From the NCBI RefSeq assembly GCF_036321535.1, contig NC_087472.1, forward strand, positions 99,078,001 through 99,142,000: DNA of 64,000 nucleotides, written 5' to 3'. This DNA comes from Camelus dromedarius. Its lineage: Eukaryota. The notes beneath the pieces are model-generated. The model was given only the letters and a program-made list of their open reading frames with translations. It had not been told where the DNA came from and made no database searches. Positions 39,170-53,018 of the stretch are shown here, in pieces (within the stretch, counting starts at the first letter, position 1; every line of letters starts with the position of its first letter). The translations under genes were made by a program, and so were the position numbers.

Positions 39170-42100
39170 GAGATTTTTTTAATTGAGGTAAAGCTTACAT
39201 ACACCTAAATGTACAGATATTAAGGGTACAATCTGATTAGTTTTGACAAATGTATACACCCATGTAACCAATGCCTCAATCAAAAGAAGATTTCCATCAC
39301 TTTAGAAAATTCCCTCATGCTCCCTTTTAATCAATTTCTGCAATCTCATAGACAACCACTTTTCTAATTTTTATCACCATTGATTAATTTTATCTGTTCT
39401 CGACATAAAGTATATTTCCTTTTTTCACTTAACATAATGGTTTGAGATTCATTCATGCTGTTTCATGTATCAGTAGTTCACTATCTTTTATTGCTGATGA
39501 ATATTTCATTGTATGATGATACCACTGACTTTGAGTTGTTCCCAGTTTGAGGTCTTGATGAATAAAGCAGTTATAAACATTCTTGCACAAATGTTTTTGT
39601 GGAGTTATGCTTTCATTTCTTTCAGATAAATATATAAGAGTGGGACTGCTGGGTCACATAGTAGATGTATAGTATAAAAGTTAACTTTTATACTCCAAAG
39701 TAGTTCTCCAAAGTGATTGTACCATTTTCCACTTCACCAGCAATGTATGAACTGCTCCATATCCTCAACAAAATTTGGTGTTGTCAGTCATTTTAATTTT
39801 AGCCATTCTAGTGGTTGAATTGTGGTTTTAATAGCTCATTGTGGTTTTAGTTTCTCTCTCCTTGATAATTAATAAATTTGAACACTTTCCTATGTGTTTA
39901 TTGGGCATTTGTGTATCTTCCTTTCTTAAGTGTCCAAGTATTTTCACCATTTTTAATTGAGTTGACTGCCTTTATGTTGTTGCATTAAAAACATTCTTTG
40001 TATACTTTTACTAAAAATCCTTTGTCAGATATCTGTACTGTGAATACTTTCTGCCAGCTTCTGGCTTGCCTTTATATTTTCTCAACTGTCTACTTTAATA
40101 AGCCGAAGTTTTAAATTTTGATGAAGTCTATCAAATTTTTCTTTTATGTTTATTGGTTTCTGTGCCCTATTTTAAAAACTTTTGCCTACCATTAGATAGC
40201 AAAGATGTTTCCTGGTAGCTTTCTTCTAGACATTTTATAGTTTTAGCTTTTGCATTCATATCTGTGACACAACTTGAGTTGCTGTTTGCATATGGCCTAA
40301 TTATTGATGAGGTTTAGCTTGAGCCTACCATCTTGCTATTTGTTTTCTAATTGTCGTATCTGCTTTTTGTTCATTTATTCATCACTTCCTGACTTCTTTT
40401 GGATTAACAAATATTTTTTATAATTCCATTTTAATTCCTGTATCATACCTCTTTGCATTTATTTTGTGCCTTTTTTTCTTTTTAGAGCAAGGTTTCTCAA
40501 CCTCAGCACTATTGACATTTTGGGTCAAATAATTATCTGTTGTGGGGGCTGTCTCTTGTTTAGCAGCATCCTTGGCTCGTACTTACTGTATGCCAGTAAC
40601 ATCTCCCTCCAGTTTAGTCAAACTACATGTCTCCACACATTGTCCAATGTCCCCTGGGAGGCAAAATTATCTCTGAATGAGAATCATTGATTTAGGAATA
40701 TAATATGCATTCTTAACTTATTACAGTGTACACAGGATAATATGGTAGCTCACAATGTAAAATGTAAGAACCTTTCAACAGCAAAATCCCATCTTCCCCA
40801 TCTTCATGCTACTGTTATCATGCATTTTACATTTATATAAAATAATGAAACCCATGATACATATTATTTTTGCTTTAAATAGTTGTCTTTCTAGGAAATT
40901 TAGATAAAAATAAGGACTTTTGTATGCATGTTCTTATTTATCATTTTTGCTAAATCCTTCTTGTAAATCTGAATTTCTGTCTGATGTCATTTCACTCCAG
41001 TTTAAATAATTTTCTTTAGTATTTTTTTAGTGACAGTCTGCTAGCAGCAAATTCTCCCAAGCTTCTCTTACCTGAAAATGTTTTGACTTTACCTTTTTTT
41101 TGAAGAACATTTTCCCTAGATGTTGAATTCTGTTTTATTTTGTTTTTCCTTTATCACTTTAAAGATGTCATTATGTTGAATTATGGCCTCCATTGTTTCC
41201 GGTGCGAAGCCAACAGTTTGTCTATGATGTGCACAGTTACAGGTCTCTTTGTGTTTATCCTGTTTTGAGTTCACTGAGATTCTTAGATCAGAAAGGTGAC
41301 AGTTTTTCAACAAATTTAGGGAAATTTCAGCCATTTTTTCTTTAAATATTTTTCTGCCTCATTCTTTTACTTCTATCTCTGATTCCAACCATGTTAGACC
41401 ACTTGGTATTGTTCTACATGTCACTGAAGCTCAGCTGAGTTATAGTAATCTTTTTCCCTCTTTCTTTCAGATGGGGAATTTCTATTGGGCTGGTTTCAAC
41501 AATCCTTTCTTCTGCAGTCTCCATTTTGCTATTAATCTTATCCAGTGCTTTTTCTCCATGTCAGATATTATACTTTTCAGTTATAAAATATTTGTTTGGT
41601 TAATTTTGGTAATTTCTATTTCTCTACTGAGATTTCCCATGTATTATTCATTATGACCATCTTTTCCTTTAGTTTTAAAAGATGTATTTATAACAGCTGC
41701 TTTAAATTTCTTATCTGCTAATTTCAACAACTTTACCCTCTCCTGATGTTTCTATATAGTGCTACTTTACTGTGGGACACATTTTTCTGCCTTTTGCAGG
41801 CTGAAGAGGCTTTGTGTGTGTGTGAGCTTGATATTGTAAATTATAAATTGTATAGAGTCTAGATTACATCATCTTCTTTTAAAGGGCATTGAGTGTTGTT
41901 CTGAAAATCTCTTTAATTGTTGGTGGAATCTCTAGGTCCTGTTGGGCTTAGTTTTATTCTGTTAGAGTGGGTCTTAACTTGTGTCCCTTATTCTAGGACA
42001 TTGACCTTTCTCCTGAGGTATGGGCTTCTCAACTAAATGCCTGAGGTGTTCAATGGGATCTCTTCTCTGTGGCTAGGCCAGAAGGCCAATATCTTTTAGC

Positions 42101-42560
42101 ATTGCGTAACCTCTGGTATCTCCATTTAGGAATCAACTCCATGACAATACAGTCTCTGACAAGCCCAACAGAGTCAGGTATGGCCTATGTGCAGCCCAGC
42201 TCTCAGCCTACATGTAAGCTTCTGACGCCACCCTTCTTCAAAGCTCCATTTTCTCTGCTATTCAGTCCCACAAATCTCAGTCTTTTCAGCAGCCCAGAAC
42301 TCCAGTTTCTGGCTCCTTAAAGAAGATGTTCTGTTTGGGCTCCACCTCCCAGTGTGAGGCAAAAGAGTATTCCTAGGCAAAATGCTGGGATGATTGTGGG
42401 GTTCATCGTGTGTATTTTCTTTCTCTCAAGGATTACACTAATGCACTGCCTATTATTCGTTGCCTGAAAATAGTTGCCACGTATATTTTGTCTAATCTTT
42501 ATTTGTTGTTGACAGGAGAGTAAGTCAAGGGTCAGTTATTTTGTAATGGTCTGAAGTGGA
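39170..42560 (-). mobile_element. Old L1M (3' UTR, ORF2 pieces, ORF1/5' region), fragmented
   Basis: ttttgacaaatgtatacacccatgtaacca; ccaaagtgattgtaccatttt; ttagggaaatttcagccatt; ORF 41116 shows ORF1-like residues. Confidence 0.85.
40488..40689 (-). mobile_element. MER20 nested in L1
   Basis: caaggtttctcaacctcagcactattgacatttt...tgtcccctgggaggcaaaat...gagaatcattg. Confidence 0.9.
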
Positions 42561-42616
42561 AACTTTATCATTTTTTTTAACTATTTAATTAAAATGAAAA
42601 CATATCATTTCTCTCT

Positions 42617-42733
42617 TGACATTAGTAACCAAAGTCATTATATTGGGAATATGTAGAGGATGGTATGATTTTGAAATTATGTTGACAAGACTGATTTAAT
42701 AGACAAAATTAATTCTGAACCTGAAGATTCTAG
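42617..42733 (+). repeat. Copy C of diverged dispersed duplication
   Basis: 79-nt core 42655-42733 aligns ungapped to 44527-44605 with 9 mismatches. Confidence 0.9.
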
Positions 42734-44219
42734 CTCCAAATTTGTGGTCATTTGGAATAATAGCCAAGACACAGCATTATCAGAGAAGGATCTACTTGTT
42801 TATCTCATGCCTCTAATCTCTTCTTATCCATCATGTATACCTTAAAACTGCCAGTGGTTCTTTGAGGCTATTTGAATGAATGCAAACATCAGGTAGGTAG
42901 TTGCATCTATCCTGCCCCCATAGAATTGCCTCATTAGCTGGCTGCTCTTTGCTGCAGAAAGTCATTTTTCTTCTTTCTGCTCCTGGCCTCTAATTCTCCC
43001 CCTTTCCTGAACTTCTGCACAGGATATCAGCATATGAAGCAAAATCATTCTTTTTTGTTTCGCCATGTTATATTTGAGGGCCCATCTTGTCCAGAAAGTT
43101 TTTTTCCTGAACAATTCTACCCATTTCCTGAGAAGTCTATTTATGTCTTCTCCCCTTAGCCTCAGCTGCTGAAAAGTCTGAAACCCAAATAATAAAGGTT
43201 TTTTATTACATTCAATTCCCTTCCTAGATGACCGGGACCCTGAATCTATCAGGCTTACCTGTTTCACACTTTTTACAAGTCCCACACACCTCTTCTATAG
43301 CAGTTTCTTCTGAGATGACTATCAGGATGCACTCCAGGCCACTGCCCCTGGGCAATATTGTTAAGGTCTATTACTGTTCTTTAAAAAAAAAAAATCTCCA
43401 GCTTCAAGTCACACTTTCATTTCTGCAGTGTCTTCTTTTGAGGAAATGAAAGAATGCGCAGTTTAGCGTTGAGAAAGCTTTTAGCAATGGCTTTACTCAG
43501 GAAGAAACCGGAGTTGTCCCTGAGCAGTAAATGCCTGGGCATTATGAGTAGAGCACAGTCCTTAGATATTCCCAAGATCTCTCTGCAGGAACACTGTCAA
43601 TTATTGCCTCCTGGGCAATTTCTTGATCTAAACATATGCTGGGTGTGTGTAGAAAAGTGGCTAACAAAACCCCCTTGTGACAGTAATGCTTCAGAAACCT
43701 CATGTAAATTGTGCTCCTGTGTTATAACTCAAGAACCCCAGATTTGCTCAAAGTAAAGATATAAACTGAACTTAAAAATGATCCTACATTACATGTTTAA
43801 ATCTGTGTTTCTATGTTTTTATGTATATATTTTGAAAATCACATTCTGTCTACTACATTGCAATTTCCTTGAGGACAGTGATTGAATTTATTCTTTGACT
43901 AACAGGTTTCTGTCCTCCCTGTCAGCCTACTAGACCCCTGATGTAAAGCTATACACCCGAGGCAGTGTAACTTACCCAGCTCTGAACCGGGTGATTTCTC
44001 TATAATTACTGCAAACCATTAGAAAAGCAACATAGTCATTCAAATTGGCTTTCTAGCCCAAAAATGGTTTTTAAAAGGAAAACATGGCCTGCAGAACTAT
44101 ATTCTTTAGGATTGTGTTCATCATTATAAAAGGGAACCTGAAGTTCTCCAAGAAATATGGACATCAGGAGGAAAAATGTTTCCACTGATTAACTGGCAGT
44201 GGAGTAGAAATGGGCATTC

Positions 44220-44400
44220 AAGAATATGGGTAGGATTTAACTATTCCCATGCAGGTTTGAATCCCACATTTATCTCTTACTAGCTAGGTGCCATTGGGAA
44301 TGATTTAGAACGTCTGGAACCTCTCCATTTTCCCATCCTCAAAATGAGGACAATAATATTTAATTTTCAGGTTTGTTTTGAGGACTAAATAAGATGTGCC
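44220..44400 (+). mobile_element. MIR SINE
   Basis: ggtttgaatccca...cttactagct...aaaatgaggacaataat...tgaggactaaat. Confidence 0.75.
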
Positions 44401-44480
44401 TCAAATACTCTACATAATCTTCAATCAGATTAGAAGTCTTTAATAGAAAGAGTCACCTACAATCACCTGATTCACCTAGC

Positions 44481-44605
44481 TGACATTAGAAAATGTGAAC
44501 TAAAGGCATTATTCGGGGAAAAGTGGAGAGGATGGTATGATTTTGATATTATGTCTACAAGACTGGTTTAATAGATAAAACTAGCTCTGAACCTGAAGAG
44601 TCTAG
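44481..44605 (+). repeat. Copy D of diverged dispersed duplication
   Basis: Aligns to 42617-42733. Confidence 0.9.
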
Positions 44606-45224
44606 GAATTGGACATACCTTTGTTTTGAAAACCATTCATGGGTTCTAGTTTTTATATTGGGAAAGACATTAATAGAATAATTGAACGGATTTAAAAGGT
44701 AATTGTGGAAAACTATGCTTCTTCAAGGCTTGTAAAGCTAAGTTCCTTTAATTCCTTTTTTTTTTTTTTAAAAATCTGATTTCAAGGTTCGGAGCTCACA
44801 TTTACCTTCTTTATCAACTAGTGTTAGCAAGAGCAATTTCTCTCTTCTTGCCAGTGATAATGGAAATGAATCCAGCAATCATGAAGAGTTATCGTTGCAG
44901 TGGCATTGTGTGAAGGAATTCAAATTTCTGGGCTGAACCCAACTGTTAAACATCAGAGAAGATAAACCTCTGAAGCCTTGATAAAGAGCATTGTAATTTG
45001 TAAATGTGTTTATGGCTATACATTTTATTATTCCACTCAAGGATAGCTGCATTAACACAATTACCTCCAATGTTCAAAAAATGGAAAATTAATACTCAGA
45101 GGCTTCACTCTAAAATAGGATTCTCTCAGTTGAACTAAAACAATAAAAGTTATTTTAACCTCTGTGTATATTAGCATTTCTGAGCTGGAAGGAATATATA
45201 AAATTCAACAAATTCTAAACCTAT

Positions 45225-45690
45225 TGTATAAATCTCATTTATTGAATTCTTAATTTCAGCATTTATATTTTTCAGTTGTAAAATTTCTGTTTGATACTTA
45301 CAGCTTCCAGTTTTGTACTGAAATTCCTCATCTTGTCTTGTAACTTATTGAACATATTAATCAGTTACTTTAAAGTATATAACTAGTAACTCAATATCTG
45401 GATCTCTAGTATGTCTGTTTCTCTTTCTTGATTTTTTCCTTTTTATTTTTTAATAAATCATTGTCTTTTGTCATGCTTGATTGCAGTTTTACTAGCTGAA
45501 CACTAGACATTGTATTTTTAAAATGGTGGAAGATAATTTGAGGCTTTAAATGTGTTATCTTCCTCCAGAAGTGATCTACTTTTGCTTCTGGAGGAAGTTA
45601 GGGTAGGGGCAGATTGTCTTAATTTTGGCTAGGATTGAACCAATTTGAAGCTTGGTTTAAATTTTTTGTGAGAGCTGATTCATTAACAGT
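45225..45690 (-). mobile_element. HAL1/L1ME fragment
   Basis: Similar to 31150-31600 (gataatttgaggct...ctccaga). Confidence 0.6.
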
Positions 45691-45694
45691 TTAT

Positions 45695-48600
45695 CCTTTT
45701 TTTATTGTGGCAAAATACATGTATATAAAACTTACCTATATTAACCATTTTAAAATATACAGTTCACTGTTGTTAAGTGCATTTATATTGTCATGCAACC
45801 ATCACACTCTCCATCTCCAGAATTCTTTACATCTTATAAAAATGAAACTCTATAGCCATTAAACAATAACTCCCCATGACCCCTTTTCCCCAGCTCCTGG
45901 CAACCACCACTCTACTTCTACATTCTTTTTTCTTTTTTAGAAATCTCCCCTTTTCCCACATGCTTCATCCTCTAGTAACTGCTATTCTCCTGTCTGTTGC
46001 TATGAGTTTCTTTAATTCTATGCAATATTTGTCTTTCTATGTCTGCTTTATTTCATTTATCATAATGTGCTCCAGGTTCATGCATGTTGTCACCAATGGC
46101 AGGGTGTGTGTGTGCATGTGTGGGTGGGTGTGGATGTATCACATTTTCTTTATCCGTTCCTTTGTTGATCGACATTTAGGTTGTTTCCATATCTTGCCTA
46201 TTTGTGAATAATACTACAATGAACATGGGAGTGCAGCTATCTCTTCAAGACAGGGATTTTATTTCCTTTGGACACATCCTCACCAACAGTTGTTATCTTT
46301 TGACTTCTTTTATTGAGGTATAGTCAGTTTACAATGTTGGGTCAATTTCTGGTGTATAGCACAATGCTTCAGTCATACATGAATATACATATATTCATTT
46401 TCATGTTATTTTCTACCATAAGCTATTACAAGATACTGAATATAGTTCCCTGTGCTATACAGTATAAACTTGTTTATCTATTTTTTATATAGTAGTTAGT
46501 ATCTGCAAATCTCAAACTCCCAGTTTATCCCTTTCCACCCTCTTCTCCTGGGTAAGTATAAGTTTGTTTTCTATGTCTGTGAGTCTGTTTCTGTTTTTTA
46601 AACAAGTTCATTTGTCTTTTTTTAAGATTCCACATATAAATGATATCATATGGTATTTGGCTTTCTCTTTCTGGCTTACTTCACTTAGAATGACACTCTC
46701 CAGGGTCATCCATGTTGCTGCAAATGGCATTATTTTATCATTTTTTATGGCTGAGTAGTATTCTATTGTATAAATATACCACATCTTCTTTATCCAGTCA
46801 TCTGTTGATGGACATTTAGGTTGTTTCCACATCTTGGCTATTGTATACAGTGCTGCTATGAACATTGGAGTGCAAATGTCTTTCTGAATTAAGGTTCCCT
46901 CTGGAACAACAATCCCCAGGAGTGGGATTGTTGGGTCATCTGGTACATCTGTTTTTAGTCTTTTGAGGAATCTCCCTACTGTTTTTACAATGGCTGCACC
47001 AAACTGCATTCCCACCAGCAGTGTAGGAGGGTTCCCTTTTCTCCACAGCCTCTCTAGCATTTATCGTTCATGGACTTTTGAATGATGGCCATTCTGACTG
47101 GTGCAAGGTGATACCTCATTGTAGTTTTGATTTGCATTTCTCTGATAATTAGTGATATTGAGCATTTTTTCCTGTGCCTATTGGCCATTTGTATGTCTTC
47201 ATTGTAGAATTGCTTGTTTAGGTCTTCTGCCCATTTTTGGATTGGGTTGTTTGTTTTTTGACTTTTTGATAGTAGCCATCTTAACATGTATGAGGTGATA
47301 TCTCATTGTGGTTTTGATGTTCATTTCCCTCATGATTAGTGATGTTTAATAACTTTTCATGTACTTATTGGCCATTTGTATGTCTTCTTTGGAAAAATGT
47401 CTATTCAGGTCCTCTGCTCATTTTTTAATTGGGATGTTTGGGGTTTTGCTATTGAGTAGTATGAGTTCCTTATATAGTACGGATATTAACCCCTAAGATA
47501 GATAGTTTGCAAATATTTTTCCCACTCTGTAAATTGCCTTTTCATTTTTTAAATTGTTTCTTTTGTTGTCCAGGAGCTTTATAGTTTGATATGCTCCCAT
47601 TTATTTATTTTTGTTTTTGTCACTTAAGCTTTTGTTGTAATAGCAAAAAAAATTGCTGCCAAGAGCAATGTCAAGGAGCTTTATCCTGTTGTTTTTTTTT
47701 TCCCTAGGAGTTTTACAGCTTCAGATCTTACATTTAAGTCTTTAATTTATTTCAAGTTAATTTTTGTGAGTGGTATAAGACAGGAGTCCATTTTCACTCT
47801 TCTGCATGTGATTATCCAGTTTTCCCAATGCCATTTAGTAAAGAGACTGTCTTTTCCATATTGAGTATTCTTGGCTCCCTTGTGAAATATTGGTTGACTA
47901 TATATGCATAAGTTCATTTCTGGGCTCCTGATTTTGTTCTATTGGTCTCTGTGTCTGTTTTTATGCCAATACCATATTGTTTTGATTACTGTAGCTTTGC
48001 AGTATAATTTAAAATCAAGAAGTCTGATGCCACCAGCTCTGCTCTTCTTGTTCATGACAGTTTTGCCTGTTCAGGGCCTTTTGTGGTTCTATATGAATTT
48101 TAGGATTTTTTTTTCTATTTCAATGAAAAATGCAAATGGAATTTTGGTAGGGATTGCATTGAATCTATAGGTCACGTTGAGTATTATGGCCATTTTAACA
48201 ATATTAATTCCTCCAATTCATGAACACGGGATAGCCTTCCATTTATTTATGTCTTCTCTAATTTCTTTCATCAGAGTTTTATAGTTTTCAGTGTATAGAC
48301 CTTTCACCTCTTTGGTTAAATTCCTAAGTATTTTATTCTTTTTAATGCTGTTGAAAATGAGATTCTTTTTCTTAATTTCTTTTTTGGATAGTTTGTTGTT
48401 AGTGTATAGAAATCCAGCTGATTTTTGTATGTTGATTTTATATCCTGTAACTTTACTGAATTCATTTATCAGTTATAACAGTTTTTCTGGTAGAGTCTTC
48501 AGCATTTTCTATGTATAAGATCACATCACCTGCAAAAAAAAGACAATTTTAGTTCTTTCTTTCCAATGTGTATGCTCTTTATTTCTTTTCCTTATCTAAT

Positions 48601-48900
48601 TATTCTGGCTAAAACTTCCAAAACTATGTTGAATGAAAGTGGTGAGAGTGGGCACCTTTGTCTTATTCCTGATCTTAGGGGAAAAGCTTTCAGCTTTTCA
48701 CCATTGAGTATGATGTTAGCTGAAGGCTTGTCATATATGGCTTTTTCATGTTGAGATACATTTCTTCTTTACCTAATTTATTGAGAGTTTTATAATGAAA
48801 GGATGGTGAATTTTGTCAGATGTTTTTCTGTATGTATTGAAATTATCATATGATTTTTATCCTTTTTGTTAATGTGGTATATCACATTGACTGATTTCTT
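45695..48900 (-). mobile_element. L1MB/L1MA 3' ends and ORF2 (host of a younger L1)
   Basis: Antisense ORF2 text: ttgattactgtagctttgcagtata, gggattgcattgaatctatag, gatcttaggggaaaagctttcagc. Confidence 0.9.
46307..47255 (-). mobile_element. Younger lineage-specific 5'-truncated L1 nested in older L1
   Basis: Well-preserved ORF2 C-terminus (CTPMFIAALYTIAKMWKQPKCPSTDDWIKKMWYIYT); TSD core ttttgactt at 46298-46306 and 47256-47264. Confidence 0.9.
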
Positions 48901-49599
48901 TTGTGAATCTAAACCTTCCTTTCAAAATGTTCAAGGAGAAAGTACAATGACAGCCATATAGCAGTTGTTCTAGACAGGATTTGAAGGAAAGGAAAGCATT
49001 ATTTCAACTGTCTTTTCATAGCATCTGAAGCACAAGTACCTTATGCTTGTCTTGTATGTGGAATCCAGCATCACTGTTCATCTTTTTTTAAAATAAGCCA
49101 TAAAAAAGCACAAGTTATTTAGAGTAAAGTACCTAAATCAGCAATGAACTGATTTGAATTTCATATGAAGAAGAATTCTAGCATTTTGCTTACCCTTGGA
49201 AAAATAATGTGTAGCATATGCATAAATATTATTAGAGGTCAAAGGACACATGTGGGCTTAGGGACACTTATAATCAGTTTTTCTCCCCCACATGCACAGA
49301 AAAAAGTAGAAAAAAGCAAACAGTTGGCACTACTTTACAGAACCATGGTTTACATCACAAAGAATGCATCTTTTGTTTTCTTGTTTACTTTGAGAGATAA
49401 GCCTCTCTTCCCCTTCAGAAGCTGAAGACTTCTTAGCAGCAGGTATCTGAAAAGAAATGCCATAATTCAAAGTACTTTCCTCCTTAACTCATTAAATTGG
49501 CAACCTCAGCCTGCATGAGGGTAAACAATGGCCCAGCCACAGTTTACCACCGTCATGGATTGGAGTACAAGTAAATGCTGGGCCCCTGGAGATGCTTTA

Positions 49600-50295
49600 A
49601 AACAAACAAACAAACAAAAAACCTTTATTGAATTACTATTTATATATAATAAACTGCACTAACTTGAAGTGTATATTTCCATGAATTTTTATTATATATA
49701 TGTAATATATATATGAAGCCACCACCATAATAAAGATATAGAACAATGCCACACCTCTACCCAGTGATTCTTTGTGCCCCTTTGCAATCCATCTCTCCTT
49801 CCACCCTCAGTCCCAGGCACCCACTGATGTGCTTTCTGTCTCAGTAGATCAATTTGCATTTCTATATTAGTTTGCTTTTTTTGAATCTTATATAAATGTA
49901 ATCATACAGCATAACTCTTTTTTGTCTAGTTGTCTCACCCACCATAATGTGTTTGAGGTTCATCACAGTATTGTATGTATAAGTAGTTGATTCCTTTGTA
50001 TTACTGAGTGGTATTCCATTACATAGGTATACTACAATGTGTTTATCTTTTCACGTATAGACAGACTTTTGCACTGTTTCCAACTTTTTACTATTACAAA
50101 CAAAACTGCTGTTAACATTTGCGTTCAAGTCATTTTGTGGATATGTGTTTTCAGTTTTCTTTGATAAATACCTAGGTGTGGAATGGCTAGATTATATGGT
50201 AGATGTAGGTTTAACTTTACTAGAAACCGACAAATCATTTTCCAAAGTGGCTGTACCATTTTACTTCCCCACTAGCAATGTGTGAGAGTTTGCGG
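49600..50295 (-). mobile_element. L1MC/MD-type 3' end
   Basis: ccaccaccataataaagatatagaaca...ttttccaaagtggctgtaccattttacttccc. Confidence 0.85.
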
Positions 50296-50379
50296 GACAC
50301 TCCTTAACATGTATTTTATTTACTTAAAGAAATGCACTCAGAGCAGCTAGCCTATAGTAAGTATATAGTAAGGTTTGGC

Positions 50380-50790
50380 ATTGAGCTCTTCATTATCCCC
50401 TTTGAGTCTGTTTTTGTATCTGAAAAATAAGAATAATAATGGAATCTAAGTCACTAGATTTTTTTGATGTTCAAATGATATATAGATATAAAGATCTCAG
50501 CATGTGGTAAATTCTCAATAAATGTTATCTATTATCATTATTTTTATTATCTGTATATTATTAAGGCTATAATCCAGGGACTTAGTAAGAGTTTTACATT
50601 TGTCATCTTATTTAATCCTCCCAGTGACCTTGAAATATAGGTATTCATTATGTATACTTTGCAGATGAAGACACTGCAATTCAGAAAAGTTAAATGACTT
50701 GCTCAAAAATCACACAGCAAATGAGTGACAATCTAGATTTCAAACCTAGACAGTGTCATTAGAAAGCTCAAGCATCTAAGCATTATGTTG
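50380..50790. mobile_element. Two MIRs in opposite orientation
   Basis: Plus: tatctgaaaaataagaataataat...ctcaataaatgtta; minus: tttaatcctc...gcagatgaagacactg...ttaaatgacttgctcaa. Confidence 0.7.
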
Positions 50791-51129
50791 GCTGGTCTTG
50801 CATTCTAACAAGATTAAGAGTAAGTATAAGAGCACTGTTATCATCGTTCCATGTAGGTTGTCACAGTACATACTTTATTACTTGCTCTTTAGTAGACCAC
50901 TCAACAGATAGAGCACTTCCTCTTTGCCCTGTGTTTCAAGGGCTTGAGTCCCATTGTTTTGTAAATTCATGGCATGTAAATACAAGTCATGGAGAGGAAT
51001 AACTCCCTATATCCAGTATCTCATCTGTCCCCTCTGTTCCACGCAATTACTCCATCCTAGTTTCGAAGCCTTCTCCAGAACAGCCTTGTACCTGAAATGC
51101 TGCTTGAAGAGGTAGGTGCCTCCCAAATT

Positions 51130-51770
51130 GGAAAACTGCCTGAGAGTGCCTCCTACTCAAGCTGAACATACGCCTGTCCTGTGAGCCAGCAATTCCACTC
51201 CTAGATGCTTAACAGAAATGAATACATATATTCACCAAAAGGACTGTGTTAGAATATTCATAGCAGCACTCCTTGTAATAGCCCAGAATGGGAAAAAACC
51301 CAAAAGACCATCAACAGTATAAAAGTACATTGTGTGGTAGTCATACAAAAAACAATGCACAGCAATGAGAATGAACAAATTATAACTATATGCAAAAATA
51401 CATAACACATATGTGCAAAAAATCACATAAACATAATATTGAGCAAAAGAAACCAGACCCAGAAGAATATATACAGCAGATTCCATTTATAAAAAGTTTA
51501 AAAATGGGCAAAAATAGTCTATGGTATTTAAAGTCAGATAAATAGTTACTCTTATAGATGGGCGTGGCGGGGGGGGGGAAGGTGGGGTATGGTGGGATGT
51601 AAGTGACCTGAAGGGAACATGAGCAAGGCCTCTGGGAGTACTGGTAACATCCTATTTATATGGATGTTGGTTAAATTATTGGTTCTCAATTTGTAAAAAT
51701 TCATTAAGCTGCCTACTTATTTATTTTTGTACTTTTGTATGTCATACTTCAGTTTCAAAATTCAAAAGAG
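51130..51770 (+). mobile_element. L1ME/MD 3' fragment
   Basis: ccagcaattccactcctag...ttcatagcagcact...gattccatttataaaaag. Confidence 0.85.
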
Positions 51771-52724
51771 TTTAACCCCTTATTCAGTCCCCATCCCCAT
51801 CCAAAACCTTTTGCTAGGCTGCTGATAGCACATTTTTCTTTCACTGATCATTCTCTCAAGTAATTAAAGACTACTTCATGAGAAACTAGGATAAAACCAG
51901 TTTTTCCAACAATAAGAATTTAACAGAATTCCCTCTCCCACAACCAAATGTGTATCTCCCTTCCTTCCTTATGACTCATATGAGGACAGAAAAAATAAAA
52001 ATTGAAAATATAAATGGGAGACTTGCACTCGACAATGTCTTTCGGTAGAAATGAGTACCTCTGGCAAATTAATCCTAAGGGGCGGTCTTGGAGAATGAGT
52101 CACTCAGCAAGTCATGCAGTCAGCATAAAACAAAGAAGCAAACAGTGTGGGTATTAAAAGAATTTTTGTTTTGTACTTCAGTTTGCTAAGGAAAAAAAAA
52201 TCATTGATCTTGGCTTACCTCCACTAGTAAGTAGTGCTCTCCGTATTAAACTATAGCTTTCAAAACCCAGCAACCACTACAGCCATCAGAACTGCCTGTT
52301 AATTTAGATGCACTGAAACTTGAGACCAGCTGCTTAAAATACTTCGAAACGTGTTGGTCTTTGAGTATGTGTTCATATTCATTAATTAAGCAACTTAAAT
52401 CGTAAGACAAGAAAATAGCCACCTCAAGTTTTTCTCTTTGGATGCTTTAGGCAATTATGATTTCTTTGATTTAGATGGCAGAGCAGTCCCTTGTGAGATT
52501 ATAAGCCACCCATCATTATTTATCATTCAGTTTTACTATTTGCTGAATTTCCCGGGCATGACCAAAGCTGCAAAAAAAAAAAAAAAATGAAATTCCTTTG
52601 CTATGCTTATCAGAAGAAACATAACTGTTGTTTTTGTTTCCTTTACACATATATGAATTCTGCCTCCAGTGTGAGCTTCCTGCTCTCAAAGCAGAGAATA
52701 ACTGGATATTAACAGAGGAAATAC

Positions 52725-52888
52725 TTAGTGCCGGACTAACCAGAGTGTGATTCTTGGAGAGCAAAGTTGGCATTACCCAGGAGGTTGTTCGAAATGCAGA
52801 CTCTCAGGCCCTGCCCACACCTAGAATCTGCATTTTACGTAGGTCCCCAGATGATGCCTATACATGTTCATGTTTGATAAGCACTGCT
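52725..52888. mobile_element. MER5A
   Basis: gaaatgcagactctcaggccctgccc...agaatctgcatttta...tttgataagcactg. Confidence 0.8.
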
Positions 52889-53018
52889 GTAGGCTATATA
52901 GAAAACACTGACTTTTGAATAGTAGACAGAATTTTTCCTATTTTGTATTAAACATAGCATGTCTTTTTATAGCATATAAAAGTGGTACCAGTTTGGAGAT
53001 TGTTGTACAACTCTTATA

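Noticed and set aside
42962..43756. ORFs of 107, 73 and 100 aa in unique DNA
   Set aside because: No recognisable motif or convincing splice context; lengths are within chance expectation
31150..45690. Similarity between ~31150-31600 and ~45230-45690 as a segmental duplication
   Set aside because: Better explained as independent copies of the same HAL1/L1ME family
46608..47287. 150-aa and 77-aa ORFs as a gene
   Set aside because: Frameshifted L1 ORF2 C-terminus
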